NCBI RefSeq assembly: GCF_001194135.2
Contig: NC_068986.1
Span: 103,181,648-103,245,647 of the forward strand
Length of the DNA stretch: 64,000 nucleotides
Reading direction: 5' to 3'
From: Octopus bimaculoides
Taxonomy: Eukaryota
A program made the position numbers and the translations under genes. Shown in pieces: positions 26,180 through 39,196 of the stretch. The notes beneath the pieces were generated by a model that was given only the letters and a program-made list of their open reading frames with translations, searched no databases and was not told the origin of the DNA. Numbering within the stretch: position 1 is the stretch's first letter; each line of letters opens with the position of its first letter.

Positions 26180-26460
26180 GAAATAAGTATAACATACTAT
26201 TGTTAATTTCTGTCTCATGCTGCTTGTTGAGAATAACATCTTTGATACTCATGTTACTTAATATCCCGGTCAATAGCAAAAACGATTAGTTCTATTCCAC
26301 GCTTACGACATTTGACGAAGTTTTTCTTAAGCGAGAAACTGCCTGCGTATAAAAGTTCCTGAATCCGGGTGTAGAGTTTTCGTATTGTGCTACCGAAACA
26401 GCAATACCCACATTTATCGAATTTTACTTGTACTCTACTTATGGACGATTCCATTCAAAA
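26180..26460 (-). pseudogene. Possible decayed GIY-YIG endonuclease fragment of a Penelope-like element
   Basis: SRVQVKFDKCGYCCFGSTIRKLYTRIQE resembles the PLE pattern S.VVYK..C.CG..YIG.T.R.L.TRI.EH; downstream frame ILNKQ...LYLF resembles PLE C-termini. Confidence 0.4.
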
Positions 26461-26660
26461 TTCATTCTTTTGACCGAATTTTCTTCCCAACCACATTAGC
26501 CTTAGTCTCACCTAATTTTTCGATAATCGAAGAGTACTCACAGTCAAAATATGGTCGAATAAACAAGTAGAAGCATGACATGTGACCTTCATGTCAGTTT
26601 AGTTATATCAGGTCTATATCTACATTTGTATGTACGTACTAAAACGTAAAATAAAAACAG

Positions 26661-26770
26661 AATCACAAAGAAAAAAGAAAAAGAGAGAGAAAAGTCCGCT
26701 TAGTATTATCCATGGATAATACTAAGCGGACTTTTCCTTTTTCTCTCTTCTTTCTATTTTCTTTGTGATT
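26661..26770. repeat. About 110-bp palindrome with a perfect spacer-less 48-bp core (26689-26736)
   Basis: gaaaagtccgcttagtattatcca|tggataatactaagcggacttttc, extended by imperfect purine/pyrimidine arms aatcacaaag...ctttgtgatt. Confidence 0.9.
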
Positions 26771-27741
26771 TTTCTTTCTGATTTAATCTTGGGACTGAAA
26801 ATGTTTGCGGCTGAAGATAGCTTTAAACCATCCTTTCTATCAATTATATAGTCATATAATGATGCAATGACAGTTCGTGTATAAAGCTTGAAACACATGT
26901 ACCGCGGAATCCTTTGTGTTCTGTTTTCATTTTACGTTATAATATATTCTTTCACCTCGGCCACTATCTGGCATATACAGGTGCTTACACTTATCAAGTA
27001 TTACCTCTAAAATTTACAATACCTATGTACGTACGTATGTATGTATGTTTGTGTGCGTGTGCGTGTGTGTTTGTGTGTGCATATTCTATGATTGGCTTAG
27101 ACATAGCGATACTAATAATCGGCTGTTATTAGTGTATACATTTATACTTCAGAGTAAAGAGTTAGAGGATTACAATGTTTAATATCAATTACAGAAAGAT
27201 AAAGAGAGGGAAATTAAGTAGTCACATTCTATAGCTTACGGCCGTTTCCGCAATCAGATGCAGTGCATTCGCGGCTAAGGGACTACATACCTTATTCGGG
27301 GCCATTAAATGCATATATGCATACACAGGTAAATAGACTGATAAATATATAAACAGAAAAATACAAACAGGTGGAGAGACGGACACAGACACACAGACAG
27401 GTAGATAGATAGATAGATAGATAGATATGTAGGTAGGTAGGTAGGTAGGTAGGTAGGTAGGAAGGTAGGTAGGTAGGTAGGTAGGTAGGTAGGCAGGTTG
27501 GTATGTAGGCAGGTAAGAAGGTGGGTACTCATACATTCGCATGCTAACGTAATTATATGAAAATGTTGTCTATATATATTCTTACGCACATGTAAATATC
27601 GTACAGGTTAGCAATATTCGTATATACATATATAGAAATATGTTTAATTGTATAAAAACTTGTATATAATTCTATCAAATTGTTAATCGTGCCAAATAAA
27701 TAGTAATATAGAAAGCATTTTATATATTATGTAAAACAGAG

Positions 27742-27795
<54 letters not shown>

Positions 27796-29244
27796 GAGTG
27801 AATTTGTGTTGGTGTGTAGGTATGTATATAGCTGCAAGTTATGGAAGCATATACGTATATTTCCTTGTTTAAATAGGAGCTTGTATTCGTGAGCTTAGGT
27901 GATCATTTGTTCATAATTCGCGTACATAATCATGTATGACGGCATGTTGCGCATGGTTCTCCTTTAATAATTCATTGCATGACATAACAACAGATAAATG
28001 TCTAAAAGCGCTTCGATGTATCCGTATATTTCTATATGCACCTATCAATGTGTTTATTTCAGAAGTGTGCTTATGGTGCGTGTGAACCACCATGTGTTTT
28101 TCGTGATATATATGTGCGTGCGTGATTATATATATATATATATATATATNNNNNNNNNNNNNNNNNNNNNNNNNNNNNNNNNNNNNNNNNNNNNNNNNNN
28201 NNNNNNNNNNNNNNNNNNNNNNNNNNNNNNNNNNNNNNNNNNNNNNNNNNNNNNNNNNNNNNNNNNNNNNNNNNNNNNNNNNNNNNNNNNNNNNNNNNNN
28301 NNNNNNNNNNNNNNNNNNNNNNNNNNNNNNNNNNNNNNNNNNNNNNNNNNNNNNNNNNNNNNNNNNNNNNNNNNNNNNNNNNNNNNNNNNNNNNNNNNNN
28401 NNNNNNNNNNNNNNNNNNNNNNNNNNNNNNNNNNNNNNNNNNNNNNNNNNNNNNNNNNNNNNNNNNNNNNNNNNNNNNNNNNNNNNNNNNNNNNNNNNNN
28501 NNNNNNNNNNNNNNNNNNNNNNNNNNNNNNNNNNNNNNNNNNNNNNNNNNNNNNNNNNNNNNNNNNNNNNNNNNNNNNNNNNNNNNNNNNNNNNNNNNNN
28601 NNNNNNNNNNNNNNNNNNNNNNNNNNNNNNNNNNNNNNNNNNNNNNNNNNNNNNNNNNNNNNNNNNNNNNNNNNNNNNNNNNNNNNNNNNNNNNNNNNNN
28701 NNNNNNNNNNNNNNNNNNNNNNNNNNNNNNNNNNNNNNNNNNNNNNNNNNNNNNNNNNNNNNNNNNNNNNNNNNNNNNNNNNNNNNNNNNNNNNNNNNNN
28801 NNNNNNNNNNNNNNNNNNNNNNNNNNNNNNNNNNNNNNNNNATGTATGAATGTATGCATGTATATATATATAAGCAGTTATAGATGCTTCTATTCATGTA
28901 TGTAATGTATCTATGTGTTTTTATACATAAATGTACATTATATATAGTTTGTTCGTGTATGTTTTAGCGGTTGCAGCTAGAGGCTATCCCCATGCTGGGG
29001 TGCAACTATTATATATAAAACGAAAACGCCATCTCATTGTGTTTATTGAAATATATGTATATGTCAAGTATAGAATACGCTTAGAAATGGTTGAATATAT
29101 GGAATGCAGCTCTTATCAGTTATATGAAGATGGTTAAAATGACAAGAAGGAGCCTTTATATTTACATCATCAAAAACCATTGAAAACACATAAAAAATGT
29201 ATTCCGTGTAAGTCCCTTATAATGAATAACACTTCATACACCAT

Positions 29245-30126
29245 AGATGGAAGCATGGCAGCGTGGTTCAGAAACTCGCTTTCCAACCAAATGATTTCAG
29301 GTTTAGTCTCTCTGCGCGGAGCTTTGGGGGAAATGTCTTCTGCTATAACCATTCACTGACCAAGGCATTGTGCGTGAATTTAGTAGACAGAATTACTGTG
29401 CCTGACCATTATGTGTATGTATATATGTATGTATGTATGTGTGTGCGTATATATATGTATGTATGTATATATATGTATGTATGNNNNNNNNNNNNNNNNN
29501 NNNNNNNNNNNNNNNNNNNNNNNNNNNNNNNNNNNNNNNNNNNNNNNNNNNNNNNNNNNNNNNNNNNNNNNNNNNNNNNNNNNNNNNNNNNNNNNNNNNN
29601 NNNNNNNNNNNNNNNNNNNNNNNNNNNNNNNNNNNNNNNNNNNNNNNNNNNNNNNNNNNNNNNNNNNNNNNNNNNNNNNNNNNNNNNNNNNNNNNNNNNN
29701 NNNNNNNNNNNNNNNNNNNNNNNNNNNNNNNNNNNNNNNNNNNNNNNNNNNNNNNNNNNNNNNNNNNNNNNNNNNNNNNNNNNNNNNNNNNNNNNNNNNN
29801 NNNNNNNNNNNNNNNNNNNNNNNNNNNNNNNNNNNNNNNNNNNNNNNNNNNNNNNNNNNNNNNNNNNNNNNNNNNNNNNNNNNNNNNNNNNNNNNNNNNN
29901 NNNNNNNNNNNNNNNNNNNNNNNNNNNNNNNNNNCCCCAAAAATCGCTTGACGACAGATGCTGGTGTGTTTACGTCCCCGTAACTTAGCGGTTCGGCAAA
30001 AGAGACCGATAGAATAAGTACTACGCTTTTAAAGAATAAGTCCTAGGGTCGATTTAGTCGACTGAAGGCGGTGCTCCAGCATGGATGCAGTCAAATGACT
30101 GAAACAAGTTAAAGAGTAAAAGAGTA
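29245..30126 (+). mobile_element. SINE family A halves flanking a microsatellite and gap
   Basis: Degenerate head 29245-29400; well-conserved 3' half 29935-30126 ending aaagagtaaaagagta. Confidence 0.7.
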
Positions 30127-31319
30127 TATACATATATACATATATATATACATACATATATATATATATACACATATACATATATATATATTTACATATT
30201 TATTTGTATACTGTTAATTTAACCTGTTGCCAGTCTAAGTTTCACCTCTAATTACACGAGGGGTACTCGTTTATCCGACAGTTAACATATGTGTGTTTGC
30301 GTGTGTATCTGTGTTCGCGCGTGCGTATGTGCGTGTGCGCGTAATTTAGTCTTTAATACACATTACAGTTATCATCAAGCATCTGTTAAAACACGAGTAG
30401 TGTTTGTGAGTATTCTCTTGGTTCTGGACACATGGCCTATAACAGTTACAAATGAGGACAACAGATAGAGAGATATGACAAATAAACGAGATGAAGGTGG
30501 CTTCAAATGAGGGTATCATGAAAAAAAAAAAACCGGAAAAATTTTTTAAACGATAAGAATTAGAATTATGTCCCCTTCGACAGTACAGCCGTAAGGCTAG
30601 ATTGTGTCGGATCAATGGAAGGCGCCTAAAGTCTACGATACAGCTGCTCAATCCAGAGCGGGAGTCTCCAATTCGCTATACCACCCTGTCCAGATTGAGG
30701 ATATTCGTGTTTGAAAGTATGTATAGGCATGTGTATGTATTGTTGCATCTGTCCCTCCACTAGCGCTTGATAGTCAGTGTTGGTTCGTTTACATCTCGGT
30801 AAAATAAACCGATAATTCTAGTACCAGACCTGGAAAATGAATACTGGGTTCGATTCGTTCGACTAAATATTTTAAAGCGGTGTCCTCCAATTGGCATCAT
30901 TTGAAAGACTGAAACAATTAAAAGAAGGAAGTCTAATTAGTATGGTATATTTGAACAGCATGCCGATCCCTCTCAAAACTGTTCCAATGGCGACCAGACA
31001 CACTGCAAGAAATTGCATATTCTACTCCTTCGCAGAAGCGTCACAAAATATATATAACAATATCAACACGCTTCTTTATATCATAATTTCCAGAACATTC
31101 ATACAGGAAAATATAGTTATAAAATCCTCAGGTGTATGTAGTACAGTGAATTGCCGTACATAATCATTTATGTATCTTCGTAGATTCAGACGTCAATATA
31201 GTAATCGCTTATCTTAGTTAACGACGTTGTTGTGTATACACATCATCTGGAAGGATACAGTACAACAGCGATTAAGTTACCCATATACGTATGTGATGTA
31301 AATTCTTAAGAATAAATAT

Positions 31320-31452
31320 GTACATCATAGTATTAATTTTTACAGCTTTAAACGTACATCATATTATTAATGTACATCATATTAATGTACATCATATGTA
31401 TTAATTTTTACAGCTTTTAAATACATCATAGTATTACTTTTTACAGCTTTAG
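31320..31452. repeat. Irregular minisatellite, unit about tacatcatagtattaatttttacagctttaaa
   Basis: Three long units plus short tacatcatattaatg sub-units are visible. Confidence 0.75.
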
Positions 31453-31915
31453 ATATTATATGAAATAAGATGGCAGGCATGACCACGTGAGCTTCATAGT
31501 GACTGAAGCGTGTTATGAGAAACATGTGTGAGAGAGATTGAAAGAGTAATGGAATGAAGACAGGCAAGCAAAGTCGAGAATGAGGTGAAACGAAAAGACG
31601 AGATGAAAGGGAACTTGAAAGATAAGAAAGAGTTAAACGAAATAAGAGGAGGTGCAGAGCTTGAAGGAAAAACTTCCATTTAAAACTGTTGGTAACATGT
31701 TCTCTTGTTAGAATGTGAAGAAAGACTCTACGAAACGTCGGATTTTCTGCCCTTCGTGGCAAGTTCATTGCACTCGTTTTATCGACTTTACTAGATACAT
31801 ATAAGAGTGAATGTATGTTTTATGTATAGATACATATATATTCAGCCGCATACATACACACACATATATATATATATATGTATGTCTTTGTGTTGTTATA
31901 TGCATGTATTTGGAG

Positions 31916-32323
31916 TGTAGTGTCGCACAGATGCGCTATATTGAGTGACAGGCGTGCCATATTGAGATCTCACTGGCACCCACTAGCTGCTCGAGACCGG
32001 AGCGAGATCTCACAAGCTTCCGGTGGGCATGCGCAATGAGACAGAAAGCCTTTCCGGAAGGACACCTATATAAGACAGCTCTTGAGCTTGTTCACTCTCT
32101 GTTCCCGTGCCTCTCACGCTAGAAGCAACTCGTCTCACTATCAGCCACTCGCTGCCTCTCACCTACGACACAAGAGATGGTTAACGAGAGCCAAACTTCG
32201 AGCCTGTAAGTAAATTTTATTAGGATTTATTATCTCACTTTGTCTTCGACTTGATACGTCGTTTGACTGGATTTAAAGTTATAATTGGAGACACAAGATA
32301 CCCTACCAGTATCTTGACCAACA
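31916..32323 (+). promoter_or_regulatory. Putative solo LTR / Pol II promoter module (TATA box, initiator-like site, splice donor)
   Basis: Starts TGTAG; CpG-rich; cttccgg/ccggaag (ETS-like) and gcatgcgca (NRF1-like) motifs; cctatataag at about 32065; ttcactct about 28 bp downstream; cct|GTAAGT at about 32207. TSD not found. Confidence 0.4.
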
Positions 32324-33428
32324 ATGGCCTCCCCTTATAGGAGATATGCAATTTATAAACTGAGACGTTAAAAAGTAATCCATATGTGCATACGCATGCA
32401 CAAACCTGTTCATTGAAAAATATCGCTTCGCATGTAAGTAGGTTTTATTGTTATAGGTTCAATCCTGTTGCATTGCACTGTGAAAAGATGTCTTCTTTTT
32501 AGTTCCTACTCCAGCTTATCAATCGATTTCAGTAGTGGTATTTAGATGTTTAATATAAATGTTCTGTCAGATTTTGATATGACTTTAGAAAAACATAATA
32601 TCGGTGATTATAGACGTATTTCATCAAAATTATATTAACAAGTCATTTTTATAATCTTATTAAGTCTGTCAATAAGTTTTTGTGTGTCACTTATGTTTTG
32701 ACCTCAGTTAGAGATTAACACATTTTTGACAGTTTCTTCAAGTTTGTCTAGCTCTATCAAAATACTTTTGTAAACGCCTATACAAGTGATTTAATTGATG
32801 AATTTAGGCAGGGTATATTGTTAGGCGGTTGAGCGTCAGACAAAGAACAGAAATTGTGATTTTATCGTTATTTATTAAAGTTAAGGAAACTTTTAAATCG
32901 TCTTGTAAATTTATAGTGGTATCTATAGTTACTGATGGAAATAATTCTTATTTTGTGACATTAATATATTGGGTTAAGATCGCTTTAGAAAACTTTGAAG
33001 GCGGACACACAGTACTGTAAACAAGATAGACGTTGTGTTAGTAAACATATCATTTGCTATCTCGAAAAGGTGAGATCTTCATTCTTAAGATTAGTAATTT
33101 CCCAATTTGTTTCATTCAAGGTCTGTGGCCAGTCTTCCGTTCTGAAACTTTTTCACGGCTAGTTCAAATTTGACTTAAATCTTCACGATTACAATCAAAT
33201 AATAAACTAGTTTATGGAGGTGAAAGTAAACTGATAAAAACCAGTTGCAGCAATGAACGTGATAGCCTGCGGCACTTTTCCGACTCTTTGGTTTCTCACT
33301 TGATGGCAGGTAGATTTCATTCAACACCATTATCTGGCAGTAGTGCAGTCCACTGAGTTGCTATCATCCAGGACTAGCTTCATGTTGAGGATTTGGTGCA
33401 GTGACATAAATTTTCCCATACAAGTTTC

Positions 33429-34020
33429 GGATCTTTTTTAAAACGGGGGCCACATTTTTCATTAACGAAACACTTTGAAACTTGGAACACTGGTAGAATG
33501 TGTCATATAAAACATCTTTTTCTCTTAGTCTTCTTTAAAAAAAAAGAAATCCATAAGTTATTCCATGTTAAAGTTGTCGTATTTCTGTAATTTCAACCAA
33601 TCACTGACGTCCATTCAGCCGATATACATTAAGTGCCGACTACATAAACAAACGATTCTGAAACAATTAACCCTAACCCTAACCCTAACCCTAACTCTAA
33701 CCCTAGGGTTAGGGTTAGGGTTAGGGTTAAAGCAAATTTAAAATGAAAAAAGCAAATAAAACGAAGGTATGGAGATTAAATACGCTTTACATCGCTTAAT
33801 CAGCCAAAGGAGTAAATGTAAACAACTGAATACTTGTCAGTGATTGGTTGAAATTATCGAAATAAGACAATTTTTAACATGAAATACATTCGAATACAAA
33901 AATATTTTTCTGTTCTATAACACAAAATAGATAAGTATACGAAGTTTGAAAGTCTTTCCGTACCAAAAACACTACGTAAAACATTAATGAAAAATGTGGC
34001 CCCCGTTTTAAAATAGATCT
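33429..34020 (+). mobile_element. Merlin-like MITE with central (CCCTAA)n(TTAGGG)n palindrome, copy 1
   Basis: About 38-bp TIR ggatct.ttttaaaacgggggccacatttttcattaa; 8-bp TSD caagtttc (33421-33428) / caaatttc (34021-34028); inner IR tttcaaccaatcactgac / gtcagtgattggttgaaa. Confidence 0.85.
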
Positions 34021-34635
34021 CAAATTTCTGTTAGTTTTGCGATGGTATGACTTGAATTATGGCGCAATATAACATTTTTCTCCTCTCTAAGTACTGGCTT
34101 TATTTGTCCAAAAGTGTATTCAATTTATATAGCTGTAACAGTAAAACTACGTGCAATTGTCTTATTGTTCAATAATTCATAATACACGGTATCTTACATA
34201 TCTGCCATACACGCTATATAGTCTTCTTTGAATAGCAAACCCTTCTAAAGTAAACGCGAAGTGAGTTACATCAATCATTATGACTAAGACATTAACGACG
34301 GCTCATAGGGACTCAATTCGCATTGTAACATCAACATCCAAAAAAAGAAACCCGGTGTGAAAACAACAATTCACAATAATTCAACGCACCTACCGTTTCT
34401 CACACGTAATCCCTTAGGGTCTCTTTTCCAATATTTTATACTTTTCTCTTTGAAATGACTCCTAATATATTTACACGGAATGGTAGGATCTGCTGCCAAA
34501 ACTGCCTCCGTGGAATCAAGTCACCTAGATGATCGCTTTGAACGTATTCTTCGGATTATGGGCCCAACTTTTGAAAAGGGAAACAAATCACAACAAATCC
34601 GTTCAGAATTATTCTCTGGTTAGAATAATGTTGGA

Positions 34636-35024
34636 CGTAGGCGTAGCTCTGTTATTCGAAGCTCGCTTCTGGGTTCAGTTTCACTGCGTGGCACTTTCGG
34701 CAAATGTTTTCTACTATAGCCTTAGCCCGACCAAAGCCTTGTGAGTGGATTTGTTGGACGGAAACACAAAGAACCCCGTCTTATATTTATATCTATGTTT
34801 GTGTGTGTTTCGTTGTGTCTGTTTGTCCCCCACCGCCGCCTGACAACCGGTGGTAGTTTGTTTACGCCCCCGTAACATAGTGGTTCGACTGAGAGACCGA
34901 TAGAATAAGTATCAGGTTTAAAAGTAAGTACTAGTGTCCATTCGTTCGACTGAACATTCTGAAAGGCAGTGCTCCTGTATGGCCGCAACCGAATGACTTA
35001 AACTAGTAACAAGTAAAAGATAAA
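34636..35024 (+). mobile_element. SINE family A
   Basis: gggttcagtttcactgcgtggcac..ccgaccaaagccttgtgagtggattt..gagaccgatagaataagta. Confidence 0.8.
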
Positions 35025-35152
35025 CGATCCGGCTTTAACTTGGTTGTTAAAATGCAAACAGTGTTTTAGACTCTACCACTCTTACACAATTCTGCAATTT
35101 TACTGACTGAAGCTCCCACACTGATCCCTTCAGTGATTTATCCTCTTCTGAA

Positions 35153-35708
35153 GACGGCGAGCTGGCAGACACGTTAGCACGCCGGGCGAAATGCTTAGCG
35201 GTATTTCGACTGTCTTTACGTTCTGAGTTCAAATTCTGCCGAGGTCGCCTTTGCCTTTCATTCTTTCGGAGTCGATAAACTAAATACCAGTTGTGTACTG
35301 TGGTCAATCTAGATTCCCAGACCGGGCGTTTTGAGTGTTTATTGAGCGATAACACCTAAAGTTCCACAAGGCTCCGGCAGGGGATGGTGGTGAACCCCGC
35401 TGTACTCTTCCACCACAACTTTCTCTCGCTCTTTCTTCCTGTTTCAGTTGTACCTGTATTTGAAAGGGCCAGCCTTGTCACACTGTGCCACGCTGAATCT
35501 CCCATAGAACTACGTTAAGGGTACACGTCTCTGTGGAGTGCTCAGCCACTTGCACGTTAATTTCTCGAGCAGGCTGTTCTGTTGATCAGATCAACTGGAA
35601 CCCTCGTCGTCGTAACCGACGGAGTGCCAACCACTGTGGTCGATCTAATCGACTGCCCCCTTCCACAGACATTTCGGGCCTTGTGCCTAGAGAAGAAAAA
35701 GAAAAGGA
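35153..35708 (+). mobile_element. SINE B interrupted by a 5'-truncated SINE D (35312-35632)
   Basis: 15-bp TSD actgtggtc(a/g)atcta at 35297-35311 and 35633-35647; SINE B resumes after it. Confidence 0.9.
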
Positions 35709-36668
35709 TGTGTCCGCTTCTGAAATCACATAGCCCGTGCACTGTAACTTAATTAAATGGAAGAATCTACAAACCAGAAATAACAAACGTACTATGTTAA
35801 AGAATGCGAGGAATAGTTGATGCACTTAAACATACACAGACTAGAACAATTTTAAATTTGTCATATTGCCAACCGAAAAAAAATAGTTAAATAAAATGCG
35901 GTGTTTCTCTTGTATTGCCCGACAGGTGTATTTAATATTGCACACATAGGAATATTAAATATTATTTTAAACTTTTTTCTCTGTTTGTATGTTTCCTTGA
36001 GTAGGTGTGAATGTATGTATGAGCTTGTGTGTCCCGGGTGTATTTATGTGTGAATTTATCTATCAATGCCTTGTGTCAATGCGTGTGTTTTATGTGTTTA
36101 TGCCAGTGGTTTTGTTGCTGATATCAGTGTGTGCATTTGTGTGTTGCTTATGTGTGCGCGTTTCTATGTGGCTGGTTGCATGTAATATATTGTATCTGTG
36201 CGTGCGTTCGTTTTCCTGCCAATGTCTCTTTGTGTATGATGTTCTTTGTGTGGCATTGTCTATCTGCATGTGATTCTGCTTGCATGTGTTTGTGTGCTTA
36301 ATTTATTAGTGTGTGTGTGCTCGGTATGTTTTGATGCTTCAGTATCTTTGTGCATATTATGTATGAATATATGTCTGTGTGCTCTAATATTCTTCATGTA
36401 TATATTGTTGTCTCCCTTGTGTGTGTATATGTGCGAGCTCGTACTTCAACGCCTGTCGCTGTTTCTGCTAGTTTATATACGTATTTATAGAAGTGCATGC
36501 CTTTCTCCGTCTACACATGTATAAGAGTGGTTGTGTTTGGCAAGAAGCTTTCTTTCCAACCACATAGTATCGGGTTTAGTCCCATTCCGAGAAACCTTGG
36601 GCATACAGGTGGATGTAGGTAGGCACACACCTGTACGTATATATGCATATACTCATTTACTATTTGTT

Positions 36669-36712
<44 letters not shown>

Positions 36713-38243
36713 NNNNNNNNNNNNNNNNNNNNNNNNNNNNNNNNNNNNNNNNNNNNNNNNNNNNNNNNNNNNNNNNNNNNNNNNNNNNNNNNNNNNNNNN
36801 NNNNNNNTATATATATGACGAGATTCTTTCAGTTTTCATATACCAAATCCACTCACAGAGCTTTGGTTGACCCGAGGCTATAGCATTAGTATTTTACAAT
36901 CTTTTATTGTCTCCTTCTGCTTGCGAATATATGCAGTTATATGTATGTATGATGTGCATGATGTGTTTGCGAGTTTATATGCTACGTCCATGTGGTGCGA
37001 ACATGTATTATTTTGTAGAGAGAATGTGCTGAAGTTTGAGTATTGTTTGTTGATGCATACTTGATTGTACATATATGACTTCAGAAAGAAAGACTCCAAC
37101 CACCAGCCATCTTTCAACCCTGTAGACAAAAGAAAAACCCTCAAGCTAGCAACCTGAGGGATAGATATTTTTGAAAACATTTGAACCACACAACACTGGT
37201 GGTAAACAAACTGACATTATTTAACTATGGGCACTGATATTCAGAGAACGTCTCTCAAGTTACACCTCAAGAGATTTAAACTTTCACATATGTATCACAC
37301 TGACTCACTGGCTATTTTTTTTTCCTTCGATCTTCCCTGGTAATCGGTATTCCATCTTATCTGTATGAATAGTACGACTTTATTATTTAATATAATACAT
37401 TTACGTTTGTCTACCGTTAGACATTTTAGATGGCCAGATTTTTTGTCTTTCTTTTTTTCTTTTCTAAATTATGTGGCATATAGCTTACTTCAATCTTGAC
37501 CCCACACTAAAATTATATAAATTGATGACACATTACCTTTTAAAAATATCTTCTTTCGTTATTTAGCTATTTCTATAGCAACGTGGTATTTCATAGGCAC
37601 TGCTGTAAGTATTGAGAATATTTTCATAACTAAATTAAGCATCACAATACAGGCTTCTTTGGAAAACTTTCTTTTCTTTCTCTTTCAGTAGAAATAATAT
37701 AATCTAATACGACAGAAAATTTTGGAGCACAAAGCTTGTAGCCGAGTTCATTTTTATTTACGGTGACTAGCTAGTGTTTTTTACTTTTGTTTTTCTTCTC
37801 TTTTTTTTTTCTGTTACGTGTTACAAATTCTCCAAAGAGTTGTTCTAAAACATGTTCCGTATCGGTTTGTTAACTTTCAGCTTGTCACATTAAAACTAAA
37901 ACAAATAATTCAACATATGATTATGCATGTCTGTATATTCGTATATGTGCGTGTGTCTCGGCTCCTCTGTGTCTAACTTCATATATTCTTATATATACGT
38001 ATGTGTGTGTGTGCACGCATATTGTACGTATACAGTATTACACAGTTGTATAGTATAATGCTAAACATGCATATTAATGCAGACATGTAACCATAATTCA
38101 TTGCACAGTGAAATTATTACTACATGAAGACACGTGAAGTAGGATGCGTTTTGGCTGCAATCCTAAGGATGACAAGTAGCTATATAAATATATCCCCCTC
38201 TCTGCTGACATTTATAATACACACGCGCATACATACATACATG

Positions 38244-38283
<40 letters not shown>

Positions 38284-38501
38284 TATATANNNNNNNNNNN
38301 NNNNNNNNNNNNNNNNNNNNNNNNNNNNNNNNNNNNNNNNNNNNNNNNNNNNNNNNNNNNNNNNNNNNNNNNNNNNNNNNNNNNNNNNNNNNNNNNNNNN
38401 NNNNNATATATATGTATGTATGCACACACATTTATATATCTATAATATATAGACATGTTCGCCTACACACAAACACTCACATACATACATAAATGTATAA
38501 C

Positions 38502-38567
<66 letters not shown>

Positions 38568-39133
38568 CACATATACGCAGGCACACTATAGATATACGTA
38601 TGGAAATACAGAGAGACAGGGACTGAGAGACTTGGATGGAAGCAGGAACATGTGACTAAAGTTTGTTCTGTGAATAACTACGTGTCTATATATACATATA
38701 TACTTTACTTCACCCACGATAATTGTCTCATTTTCGTTCTCAATCTTCTTTTTTCCCAATATCCTTGACTTATCATCCAGAGAAATACATTTATATAGAT
38801 TTTTGTTGATCGATACAATCTTTTTCTCTAAATTTATCATTACGTGTACACACATTCAAACACAAACTCGCTCTCACACACACAAACACACACATACATA
38901 TACACACACGTTCTCACACGCGAACTTGCACACCACACACAAACACATATACATACACGCACACACACACACATACGAATATATACATCTACATGTTGAA
39001 TCTATATATATACACACATATGCAGAAACATATATATATGTATGTATATATCTATTTACATATATACATACGTGCATATATATACATATATATATATATA
39101 TTTACATATATACATACATGCATATACATATAC

Positions 39134-39196
<63 letters not shown>

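Noticed and set aside
31320-31452. Repeat array as CRISPR-like
   Set aside because: No unique spacers, irregular units, eukaryotic context; a minisatellite.
33230-33420. Minus-strand SEKPKSRKSAAG as a mariner fragment
   Set aside because: Similarity is too short and lacks flanking motifs.
33668-33730. Telomeric repeats as a relic chromosome end or fusion
   Set aside because: Orientation is opposite to a fusion, and the repeats sit inside a TIR/TSD-bounded element present twice.
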